Assembly: GCA_025355545.1 (NCBI GenBank) | Contig: JANXZN010000157.1 | Location: forward strand, 1-58,166 | DNA from: Rhizobacter sp. | GTDB lineage: Bacteria > Pseudomonadota > Gammaproteobacteria > Burkholderiales > Burkholderiaceae_C | Reading direction: 5' to 3' | Length of the DNA stretch: 58,166 nucleotides | Shown: positions 1-7,614 of the stretch, one piece after another | Numbering within the stretch: position 1 is the first letter of the stretch | Layout: every line of letters starts with the position of its first letter | Notes under the pieces: model-generated | Told to the model about the DNA's origin: nothing | Database searches by the model: none | Seen by the model: the letters and a program-made list of their open reading frames with translations, nothing else | Translations under genes and position numbers: made by a program

Positions 1-2
1 AC

Positions 3-509
3 GGCGATTGCCGCACCGGACTCGCCAAAGTCTGGGCGGTGGGCGACGTGGTGCGCGGCCCCATGCTTGCGCACAAGGCCGAAGTGGAGGGTGTCGCGGT
101 GGCCGAGCGCATCGCCGGCCAGCACTCGCACGTCGACTTCAACACCGTGCCCTGGGTGATCTACACCTCGCCCGAGATCGCCTGGGTCGGCCAGACCGAG
201 CAGCAGCTGAAGGCGGCGGGCCGCGCCTACAAGGCCGGCACGTTCCCGTTCATGGCGAACGGCCGGGCGCGCGCGCTCGGCGACACGACCGGGCTGGTGA
301 AGATGCTGGCCGATGCGAAGACCGACGAGATCCTGGGCGTGCACATGGTCGGGCCGATGGTCTCGGAGCTGATCGCCGAGGCGGTCGTTGCGATGGAGTT
401 CAAGGCCTCGTCGGAAGACATCGCGCGCATCTGCCACGCGCACCCGTCGCTCGCCGAAGCCACGAAGGAGGCCGCGCTCGCGGTCGACAAGCGCACGTTG
501 AACTTCTGA
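3..509 (+). CDS. lpdA: Dihydrolipoamide dehydrogenase (E3), 3' part; truncated by window start
   Basis: Frame reads [17 protein letters not shown]...[12 protein letters not shown]...HAHPSLAEA, the E3 interface domain and catalytic His motif; it lies upstream of zapE as in the sucAB-lpdA-zapE arrangement. Confidence 0.95.
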   Translation, partial: GDCRTGLAKVWAVGDVVRGPMLAHKAEVEGVAVAERIAGQHSHVDFNTVPWVIYTSPEIAWVGQTEQQLKAAGRAYKAGTFPFMANGRARALGDTTGLVKMLADAKTDEILGVHMVGPMVSELIAEAVVAMEFKASSEDIARICHAHPSLAEATKEAALAVDKRTLNF

Positions 510-529
510 TCCGGTCCACGGCAGCACCT

Positions 530-1627
530 GTGCCCGTCCGCGCCCTCTACGAACGCACCCTCGCCGAGCGCGGCTACAGCGCCGACCCGGCCCAACTGCG
601 CGCGATCGATTCGCTCGAACGTTGCGAAAACGAGTGGGCCGACTACAAAGCGCGGCGCGCCAATGCGCTGACCAAGCTGGTCGCGAGACCAGAGATCCCG
701 CGCGGCGTCTACATGTACGGCGGCGTCGGGCGGGGCAAGAGCTTCCTGATGGATTGCTTCTTCAATGCCGTGCCGCTGCAGCGCAAGACGCGGCTGCACT
801 TCCACGAGTTCATGCGCGAGGTGCACCGCGAACTGTGCGAGTTGCAGGGCACGGTCAATCCGCTGCAGGAACTCGGCAAGCGCATCGCGCGGAGCTACCG
901 CCTGATCTGCTTCGACGAGTTCCACGTCTCGGACGTGACCGACGCAATGATCCTGCACCGCCTGCTCGAAGCGCTGTTCGCGAACCGCGTCAGCATCGTC
1001 TCGACCTCGAACTTCAAGCCCGCCGACCTGTACCCGAACGGCCTGCACCGCGACCGCATCCTGCCGGCCATCGAGCTGCTGAATGCCAGGCTCGAGGTCG
1101 TCAACGTCGACAACGGCAGCGACTACCGGAGAATCACGCTGGCGCAGGTCGGCCTGTACCAGACACCGCTGAACCCGGCCGCCGAGGCGGCCATGACGCA
1201 CGCATTCGAGCGGCTCGCCGAGGCCAGGGATGAATCACCGCTGTTGCACATCGAGCACCGCGAGCTGCGCGCGCGCCGGCGCGCCGGCGGCGTCGTCTGG
1301 TTCGATTTCAAGGAATTGTGCGGCGGCCCGCGATCGCAGAACGACTACCTCGAGCTGGCGAGTCAGTTCCACAGCCTGCTGCTGTCGGGCGTGCCGGCGA
1401 TGTCGCCGCGCATGGCCTCGGAGGCGCGGCGCTTCACCTGGCTGGTCGACGTGCTGTACGACCGGCGCGTCAAGCTGATCCTGTCGGCCGAGGTCGAGCC
1501 TGAAGGCTTGTACACCGAGGGGCCGCTGGCGCACGAGTTTCCGCGCACGGTGTCACGACTGCACGAGATGCAATCGGCCGAGTTCCTGGCATTGGCGCGG
1601 CGCGATGTGGATACTTCGCTGACTTGA
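530..1627 (+). CDS. zapE: Cell division ATPase ZapE (AFG1 family)
   Basis: Walker A YGGVGRGKS, RLHFHEFM, Walker B LICFDEF, STSN, LYPNGLHR; GTG 530 chosen because the upstream part of ORF 8..1627 overlaps lpdA. Confidence 0.92.
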   Translation: MPVRALYERTLAERGYSADPAQLRAIDSLERCENEWADYKARRANALTKLVARPEIPRGVYMYGGVGRGKSFLMDCFFNAVPLQRKTRLHFHEFMREVHRELCELQGTVNPLQELGKRIARSYRLICFDEFHVSDVTDAMILHRLLEALFANRVSIVSTSNFKPADLYPNGLHRDRILPAIELLNARLEVVNVDNGSDYRRITLAQVGLYQTPLNPAAEAAMTHAFERLAEARDESPLLHIEHRELRARRRAGGVVWFDFKELCGGPRSQNDYLELASQFHSLLLSGVPAMSPRMASEARRFTWLVDVLYDRRVKLILSAEVEPEGLYTEGPLAHEFPRTVSRLHEMQSAEFLALARRDVDTSLT

Positions 1628-2217
1628 AGTCCCGACTCCTTTGCTTCGTGCTGGCGTGCGCCTCATCGGCCGGCACCTGGGCCGACGCCGAGCACGATCG
1701 GATCGCTGCCGAGCGCGCTGCGGCAAACGCCCAGCTCGCCGCGCAGGAGCGCGAGTGCGCCACGCGCTTCATCGTCGCAGCCTGCGTGGAGGACGCGCGC
1801 ACGGAGCACCGCGCGACATTGGCGCGGCTGCGCCAGCAGCAACTGCAGATCGACGAGACGCGCCGCCGCGAGGCCGCTTCCGCCCGCCGCAAGGCGATCG
1901 CCGAGCGCGTCGAAGCGCAGCAGGCGCGCGCCAGCGAGGCGCCCACCGAAGCGCCGCGCGTGCGCGTGCGGCGCGCACCCGAACCGGCTCCCGTGACGCG
2001 GCCACCGAAGACCGCGTTGCCGCGCCCGAATGTGGGCGGCGCCTCCGGCGCGGACCGTGCCACGATCGAGCGGCGCAACGAAGCCAAGTTCGGGGCCCGC
2101 GCGCGTGCGGCGCTGGCACGCCGCGAAGAGGTGGAGCGGCGCAGCGCGCAGCGCGAGGTCCAGGGCAAGACGGCGGCACCGTTGCCGACGGCGTCGGGCG
2201 CCTCGGCGGTGCGCTGA
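1624..2217 (+). CDS. Hypothetical exported protein, Ala/Arg/Glu-rich coiled coil
   Basis: TTG start overlaps the zapE stop (TTGA); signal-peptide-like N-terminus MKSRLLCFVLACASSAGTWA; ECATRFIVAAC two-Cys motif. Confidence 0.7.
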   Translation: MKSRLLCFVLACASSAGTWADAEHDRIAAERAAANAQLAAQERECATRFIVAACVEDARTEHRATLARLRQQQLQIDETRRREAASARRKAIAERVEAQQARASEAPTEAPRVRVRRAPEPAPVTRPPKTALPRPNVGGASGADRATIERRNEAKFGARARAALARREEVERRSAQREVQGKTAAPLPTASGASAVR

Positions 2218-2230
2218 ACGGGACCTCGCG

Positions 2231-2998
2231 CTATTCGAGCGCTTCGACCCGCAACAGGGCGAGCGACAGGTTGTCGCCGCCGCCCCGGGCGCGCTGGCGC
2301 GCCTTGCCGACCAGCATCTCGCCGGCCTCGCGCGGCGGCAGGGCATGCACGATCGCGCCCATCTCGCGCGGCGTGAAGTAGTGCCACAGGCCGTCGGTGC
2401 AGGCGAGCAGGCTGTCGCCGATCTCGAGCTGCCCGAGGTGCTTGTGCGACAACGGCGGATCGGCGTTGGTGCCCAGGCAGCCGGTCAGCAGATTCGACTG
2501 CGGGTGCGCGTTGGCCTCGTCCTCGGTGATCTGGCCTTCGTTGACGAGGCGCTGCACATAGGAATGGTCGACCGTGCGGCTGACCAGCTCGGCGCCGCGG
2601 AAGTGATAGATGCGCGAATCGCCCGCATGGATGATGTCGCAGTCGCGCGAGGGACTGACGATGAAAGCCGCGACCGTGCTGTGGGGTTCTTCTTCCGAGG
2701 TGATCGCGGTCAGCTTGATCATCAGGTGCGCTTCGAGCACCAGCTGCTTCAGCGCTTCGCCGGCATCGTCGCGGCTCGGCGAGTAGCGTTCGAAGAGCTG
2801 GTTGGCGGTCAGCAGCACCTGGTCGGCCGCCTTGCGGCCGCCGCTCTTGCCGCCCATGCCGTCGGCCAGCACCGCCAGCAGGCAGCCCGGCACGCGGTCG
2901 TGCGGAAGGATCTCGACCTGGTCCTGCTGATAGGCACGATCGCCTCGGTGGATGCCCGTCGTGCCGGTCAGGCGGTAGGCCAAGGTCGCTGTGCTCAT
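2231..2998 (-). CDS. PP2C/PPM-family Ser/Thr protein phosphatase
   Basis: GDRAYQQD, VLADGMGG, HAGDSRIY, DHS, LACTDGLW and GGDNLS metal-binding motifs. Confidence 0.92.
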   Translation of the reverse strand: MSTATLAYRLTGTTGIHRGDRAYQQDQVEILPHDRVPGCLLAVLADGMGGKSGGRKAADQVLLTANQLFERYSPSRDDAGEALKQLVLEAHLMIKLTAITSEEEPHSTVAAFIVSPSRDCDIIHAGDSRIYHFRGAELVSRTVDHSYVQRLVNEGQITEDEANAHPQSNLLTGCLGTNADPPLSHKHLGQLEIGDSLLACTDGLWHYFTPREMGAIVHALPPREAGEMLVGKARQRARGGGDNLSLALLRVEALE

Positions 2999-3006
2999 GG
3001 TCGAAA

Positions 3007-3014
3007 ACTATAAT
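3007..3014. promoter_or_regulatory. Overlapping divergent sigma70-type -10 boxes (TATAAT on +, TATAGT on -)
   Basis: ACTATAAT in the 75-bp divergent gap between PP2C and DUF465; the - strand TATAGT lies 8 nt from the PP2C ATG. Confidence 0.55.
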
Positions 3015-3073
3015 CGGTTTGGATTCGTTCACGCCGCCCAATACCGCACAGATTCACCTCCGACAGCGCGCCC

Positions 3074-3277
3074 ATGGACCTCAACCTGCATTCCCCGCCG
3101 CGCCGGCTGATCGAGCTGCAGATGGAGCATGCCGATCTCGACAGTCTGATCGACCAGGCGGCGCTGACCTTGCCGGACGACGAACTGAGCCTGCGGCGCC
3201 TGAAAAAACGCCGCCTGCTGCTGCGCGACCAGATCGCGCGGCTCGAAGCGGAGCTCGATCCGCCCGAGCCGGCGTGA
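3074..3277 (+). CDS. DUF465/YdcH-family small coiled-coil protein
   Basis: EHADLDSLI...LRRLKKRRLLLRDQIARLE pattern; 67 aa. Confidence 0.85.
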   Translation: MDLNLHSPPRRLIELQMEHADLDSLIDQAALTLPDDELSLRRLKKRRLLLRDQIARLEAELDPPEPA

Positions 3278-3369
3278 GCCTGCCGGGCCGCCATGGGTCA
3301 CAAGAGGCCCACTTTCGTGGACCCTGGGTGAACGCCGGAGTGCGCAGCACGAAGGTCCTCCAATGAGCC
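3274..3369 (+). repeat. Intergenic structured repeat, copy A (MITE/REP-like), containing a 30-aa mini-ORF 3274..3366
   Basis: TGCCGGGCCGCCATGGGTCACAAGAGGCCCAC...CGCCGGAGTGC...ACGAAGGTCCTCCA aligns with 5352-5439; TGAGCC at both 3275-3280 and 3364-3369. Confidence 0.75.
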
Positions 3370-5339
3370 CGCTGGAAGCGGCGGTTGCGGCGGCGTTTGC
3401 GCGCGGCGGAGCGCTGGCGCAGGCCGATGCGAACCATGTCGAACGCGACGTGCAGCTGCGCATGGCGCTGGGCGTCGCGCAGGCGATCGACGCGCGCAGC
3501 GCGCTCGTGGTCGAGGCCGGCACCGGCGTCGGCAAGACCTTCGCCTACCTCGTGCCGACCCTGCTGAGCGGTGCGCGCGCGCTCGTCAGCACCGCGACCA
3601 AGAGCCTGCAGGATCAACTGTTCCTGCGCGACATTCCGCGCCTGCGCGAAGCCTTGCAGCTGCCGGTCACGGTGGCGCTGCTGAAGGGCCGCAGCAGCTA
3701 CCTCTGCCTGCACCGCATGAACCAGGCGCGCCAGGCCGAGACCTTGCCCGACCGCTGGGCCGTGCGCACGCTCGCGAAGGTCGAGCAATGGTCGCACGTG
3801 ACTGTCAGCGGCGACCTGGCCGAGCTCGACGGCCTGGACGAGCGCAGCAGCGTGATCCCGCTGGTGACCTCGACGCGCGAGAACTGCCTCGGCCAGGAGT
3901 GCCCGCAGTTTCGCCAGTGCCACGTCGTCAAGGCGCGGCGCGAGGCGATGCTGGCCGACGTGGTGGTCGTCAACCACCACCTGTTCTTCGCCGACATGAG
4001 CCTGCGCGACACCGGCGTGGCCGAGTTGCTGCCCAGCGTCGAGGTCGCGCTGTTCGACGAGGCGCATCAGCTGACCGAGGCCGGCGTGCAGTTCCTGGGC
4101 ACCACGCTGGGCAGCGCGCAGGTCATCGACTTCGCGCGCGACATGCTCGGCGCCGGGTTGCAGCAGGCGCGCGGCCTGATGACGTGGCAGGAGCTCGCGG
4201 CGGGCTGCGACCGCGCGGCGCGCGAGCTGCGCATCGCCGCGGCCGGGCGCTTGCGCGACCTGCGCGGCACCTTGAAGCTGCGCTGGAGCGAGCGCAGCGC
4301 GCAGGACGATTTCACGACCGCGCTCGAAGCCGTGCGCCAGAGCTGCGAGGCCGCGGCGGCGGGCCTCGAGGTCGTGCTCGCGATGTCGCCCGACTTCGCC
4401 AAGCTCGGCGAGCGCGCGACCCAGTTCGCCGCCCTCGCGCAACGATTCGGCGCGCCGGCCGCGGACGGCAACGTGCGCTGGATCGATGTCTCGCCGCAGC
4501 AGACGCGGCTGGTCGAGTCGCCGCTGGACATCCGCGACGCGCTGCGCGGGCAGATGGCCGCCGCGCCCAAGACCTGGGTCTTCACCTCGGCCACGCTGGG
4601 CGACGACGAGCGCCTGTCGTGGTTCACCGAATCGGCCGGGCTGACCGAGGCGACCACGCTGCGCCTGGGGAGCCCGTTCGACTATGCCGCGCACGCGCGC
4701 CTGTACGTGCCGCGCGGCTTTCCGAAGCCGAACGAGCCGGAGCACGCCGCCTCGGTCGCGGTGCTCGCGGCGCGCTGTGCGCGCGCGCTCGGCGGTCGCA
4801 CTTTCGTGCTGACGACGACGCTGCGTGCGCTGCAGACCATCGGCGAGCGCCTGCGGGCCGAGTTCGATGCGCAGGGCGACGCGCTGCAGGTGCTGGTACA
4901 GGGCCAGGTGCCGAAGCGCCAGCTGATGCAGCAGTTCCTGGCGCAACCGCGCTCGGTGCTGGTCGGCTCGCAGAGTTTCTGGGAGGGCATCGACGTGCCT
5001 GGCGACGCACTGCAGTGCGTGCTGATCGACAAGCTGCCGTTCCCGCCACCGAACGATCCGCTGGTCGAGGCCCGCGTCAAGCGGCTCGAAGGCGAAGGTC
5101 GCAATCCGTTCTCGGACTACTTCGTTGCCGAGGCCGCGGTATCGCTGAAGCAGGGCGCCGGGCGGCTGATCCGCAGCGAGACCGATCGCGGCCTGCTGGT
5201 GGTGTGCGACCCGCGCATGGCGGGCATGAACTACGGCAAGCGGCTGCGCGAGGCGCTGCCGCCGATGACGGTGGTCGCCACCGAGGCCGAAGCACTGGAC
5301 TGGCTGGCGACGCTGGCGGGCGCGGCGCTGCCGTTCTAG
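3363..5339 (+). CDS. DinG/YoaA-family Fe-S ATP-dependent DNA helicase
   Basis: EAGTGVGKT, KGRSSYLC, four Fe-S-type Cys, VVVNHHLF, DEAH, FTSATL, FWEGIDVPG, KLPF, QGAGRLIR. Confidence 0.93.
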   Translation: MSPLEAAVAAAFARGGALAQADANHVERDVQLRMALGVAQAIDARSALVVEAGTGVGKTFAYLVPTLLSGARALVSTATKSLQDQLFLRDIPRLREALQLPVTVALLKGRSSYLCLHRMNQARQAETLPDRWAVRTLAKVEQWSHVTVSGDLAELDGLDERSSVIPLVTSTRENCLGQECPQFRQCHVVKARREAMLADVVVVNHHLFFADMSLRDTGVAELLPSVEVALFDEAHQLTEAGVQFLGTTLGSAQVIDFARDMLGAGLQQARGLMTWQELAAGCDRAARELRIAAAGRLRDLRGTLKLRWSERSAQDDFTTALEAVRQSCEAAAAGLEVVLAMSPDFAKLGERATQFAALAQRFGAPAADGNVRWIDVSPQQTRLVESPLDIRDALRGQMAAAPKTWVFTSATLGDDERLSWFTESAGLTEATTLRLGSPFDYAAHARLYVPRGFPKPNEPEHAASVAVLAARCARALGGRTFVLTTTLRALQTIGERLRAEFDAQGDALQVLVQGQVPKRQLMQQFLAQPRSVLVGSQSFWEGIDVPGDALQCVLIDKLPFPPPNDPLVEARVKRLEGEGRNPFSDYFVAEAAVSLKQGAGRLIRSETDRGLLVVCDPRMAGMNYGKRLREALPPMTVVATEAEALDWLATLAGAALPF

Positions 5340-5342
5340 CGT

Positions 5343-5450
5343 TCAGGCGAGTGCCGGGCCGCCAAGGGCCACGAAGAGGCCCACCGCTCGGGCCTCGGCC
5401 GCCTGAGTTCCCCTCGGGGGACGACGACGAAGGCGTCCAGGGGTGCTCAT
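5343..5450 (+). repeat. Intergenic structured repeat, copy B, between convergent dinG and bamD
   Basis: TGCCGGGCCGCCAAGGGCCACGAAGAGGCCCAC...CGCCTGAGTTC...ACGAAGGCGTCCA; hairpins GAGGCCC/GGGCCTC and TCCCC/GGGGA; outer pairing TCAGGCG/CGCCTGA. Confidence 0.75.
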
Positions 5451-6253
5451 CACCAGAGCTGCCACCAGCGCTTCTTGGCGGAGCCGAGCCCGCCGAGCGT
5501 CGACGTCGGGAAGTTCTTCTGCATCACGCGATTGGCGTCGTCGCGCAGCTCGGTCAGGCCGAGCTTGTCGTAGCTCTCCGACAGGATGTAGAGTGCCTCC
5601 TGTGCCGACGGCGACTGCTGGAACTCGGACACCACCACCTGCGCGCGGTTCGCCGCCGCGACGTACGCGCCACGCCGGAAGTAGTAGCGCGCCACATGCA
5701 CCTCGTAGGCCGCCAGCGCGTTGACGATGTAGTTCATGCGCACGCGCGCGTCGTCGGCGTACAGCGATTGGGGGTACTGGTCGACCAGTTGCTTGAACGA
5801 CTGGTATGAATCGCGCGCGGCCTGCTGGTCGCGCTCGGAGAGGTCCTGCTGCGCGATGCTGCCGAGCAGCCCGAGGTTGTCGTTGAAGTTGATCAGGCCC
5901 TGCAGGTACAGCGCGTAGTCGATCGCCGCACTGGTCGGGTGCAGCTTGATGAAGCGCTCGAGTGTCGACAGCGCCTGCGCCTTGTCGGCGCCCTTGTAGA
6001 GCATGTAGGCACGCTCGATCTGGGCCTGCTGCGCCAGCGCGGTGCCGGAAGCGCGGCCCTCGAGCCGCTCGTAGAGCTTGCCGGCGCGATCGTAGTTGCC
6101 CTGCGAGGCCTCTTCCTTGGCCTCTGCATACAATCGCTCCGCGCTCCACTTCGACTCGGGTTCCTTGGGGTTCGTACCGCAGCCCGCGAGCACGGCCATC
6201 AGCATGGCCAGCGCGAGGGCACGGGGCCGTCGCAGCGCATTCAATTGAATCAT
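5450..6253 (-). CDS. bamD: Outer membrane protein assembly factor BamD (lipoprotein)
   Basis: Lipobox LAGC, TPR helices, RFIKLHP, YALYLQGL, YEVHVARYY, AAANRAQ; divergent from rluD as is typical. Confidence 0.95.
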   Translation of the reverse strand: MIQLNALRRPRALALAMLMAVLAGCGTNPKEPESKWSAERLYAEAKEEASQGNYDRAGKLYERLEGRASGTALAQQAQIERAYMLYKGADKAQALSTLERFIKLHPTSAAIDYALYLQGLINFNDNLGLLGSIAQQDLSERDQQAARDSYQSFKQLVDQYPQSLYADDARVRMNYIVNALAAYEVHVARYYFRRGAYVAAANRAQVVVSEFQQSPSAQEALYILSESYDKLGLTELRDDANRVMQKNFPTSTLGGLGSAKKRWWQLW

Positions 6254-6306
6254 CGGCCTGGGGCGTTCCGCGGGAGCGGCGCCGTCCTGTCAGAAAACGA
6301 GTCGCG

Positions 6307-6312
6307 ATTATA
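6307..6312 (-). promoter_or_regulatory. Candidate -10 box (TATAAT) for bamD
   Basis: ATTATA on + at 6307-6312, about 55 nt upstream of the bamD start; overlaps the rluD ATG. Confidence 0.5.
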
Positions 6313-7316
6313 TGGTTCAGCCCCCGGCGCATTCGCCCGCCGACCCGGCCAACGCCGCCGAGGGCGGTGCCGATGTCGAGCTCGACGCGCCCTGGGCGGC
6401 GCAGCCGGAACGCCGCGCGGCGTTGGTGGCGTCGGCACGGCACGGTCAGCGACTCGACAAGGCGGTCGTCGCGATGGCGCCCGAGTTCTCGCGCACCCAC
6501 CTGCAGGGCCTGATCGAGCAGGGCCATGTCAGTGTCGACGCGGTGCCCGTGCGCACGCCGTCGCGCAAGGTACTGGCCGGGCAGGCGATCGCGGTCGATC
6601 TGGTGCCTACCGCCGAAAGCCGCGCGTTCCGGCCCGAGGCGTTGCCAATCGCGATCGTGTTCGAGGACGCGCACCTGATGGTGATCGACAAGGCCGCCGG
6701 CATGGTCGTGCACCCGGCGGCGGGCAACTGGTCGGGCACGTTGCTGAACGCGCTGCTCGCCCACCACCGCGGCGCTGCGAGCCTGCCGCGCGCCGGCATC
6801 GTGCACCGGCTCGACAAGGACACCTCGGGCCTGATGGTCGTCGGCAAGACGCTGCCGGCGCTGACGGCCCTGGCGCGCGCGATCGCGGCACGCGAGGTGC
6901 ACCGCGAATACCTTGCGCTGGCGCAGGGCGAGGTGTACCCGGCCGCCTTCAGCGTCGACGCGCCGATCGGCCGGGATCCGCAATCGCGGGTGCGCATGGC
7001 GGTGCTGGCTTCGGGCCGCCCGGCGCGCACCGATGTGCAGACCGTCGCGGTCGCGGCCGGCTACAGCGCCTTGCGCTGCACGCTGCACACCGGTCGCACG
7101 CACCAGATCCGCGTCCATCTCGCGTCGCGCGGTCACCCGCTGGTGGCCGATGCGGTCTACGGCGGCAAGCCGGCGCTGGGGATGACGCGCCAGGCGCTGC
7201 ATGCGACGCGGCTCGCATTCGTCCACCCGGCGTCGGGCAAAGAGGTGTCGTTCGAGGCGCTGCCACCGCCCGATCTGGCGTCGGCCTGGCGCAACGTCGT
7301 GCAGGGTCGTGCGTGA
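6312..7316 (+). CDS. rluD: 23S rRNA pseudouridine synthase RluD (RluA family with S4 domain)
   Basis: RLDK S4 domain, DKAAGMVVHP, GIVHRLDKDTSG, TGRTHQIRVH, RQALHA; start codon uncertain. Confidence 0.92.
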   Translation: MVQPPAHSPADPANAAEGGADVELDAPWAAQPERRAALVASARHGQRLDKAVVAMAPEFSRTHLQGLIEQGHVSVDAVPVRTPSRKVLAGQAIAVDLVPTAESRAFRPEALPIAIVFEDAHLMVIDKAAGMVVHPAAGNWSGTLLNALLAHHRGAASLPRAGIVHRLDKDTSGLMVVGKTLPALTALARAIAAREVHREYLALAQGEVYPAAFSVDAPIGRDPQSRVRMAVLASGRPARTDVQTVAVAAGYSALRCTLHTGRTHQIRVHLASRGHPLVADAVYGGKPALGMTRQALHATRLAFVHPASGKEVSFEALPPPDLASAWRNVVQGRA

Positions 7317-7344
7317 TTGCGCTCGCACCGCCGGCGGTCGCGGC

Positions 7345-7350
7345 TACAAT
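7345..7350 (+). promoter_or_regulatory. Candidate -10 box TACAAT for the scpB-rluB transcript
   Basis: GGCTACAAT just after the rluD stop, 265 nt upstream of the scpB ATG. Confidence 0.55.
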
Positions 7351-7356
7351 GCGAAC

Positions 7357-7614
7357 AATCCTTCTCGACACCGATCCTCGCGGCGGCACCTCGCGGTGCC
7401 CCCGGTCAACGACGAAGCCCACCGGGAAGTGAGCCGCGCACCGAAGGTGCCCCGAACCGGAGCGACGCGAGAAGCGTCGCCCACCTGCCCGCCGCGAATC
7501 GCCTTGCCCGTGCCGACCCAGCCGGGCACGCAGCGCGAGCGAAGCCCAGCATCGGCACTGAATGTCTGTCGAGTACCAGCCGGACCGATCCGGCCGAGGA
7601 TGTGAACGAAGTCC
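7357..7614 (+). ncRNA. Candidate structured 5' leader or ncRNA upstream of scpB
   Basis: At least six short stems plus long-range CTCGACA/TGTCGAG pairing; no credible ORF; family not recognised. Confidence 0.4.

Noticed and set aside
8-529. N-terminal extension of ORF 8..1627, suggesting a fused or long ZapE
   Set aside because: It is an alternative frame over lpdA with Arg/Gly-rich shadow composition; ZapE-like sequence begins near GTG 530
3019-3273. Upstream part of ORF 3019..3366 as a 115-aa gene
   Set aside because: It overlaps DUF465 out of frame with no recognisable motif; only the 3274..3366 portion is of interest
7429-7462. GTGAGCC...GCACCGAAGGT...AACCGGAG resembling parts of repeat copy A
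   Set aside because: Matches are short, out of order and lack the GCCGGGCCGCC head
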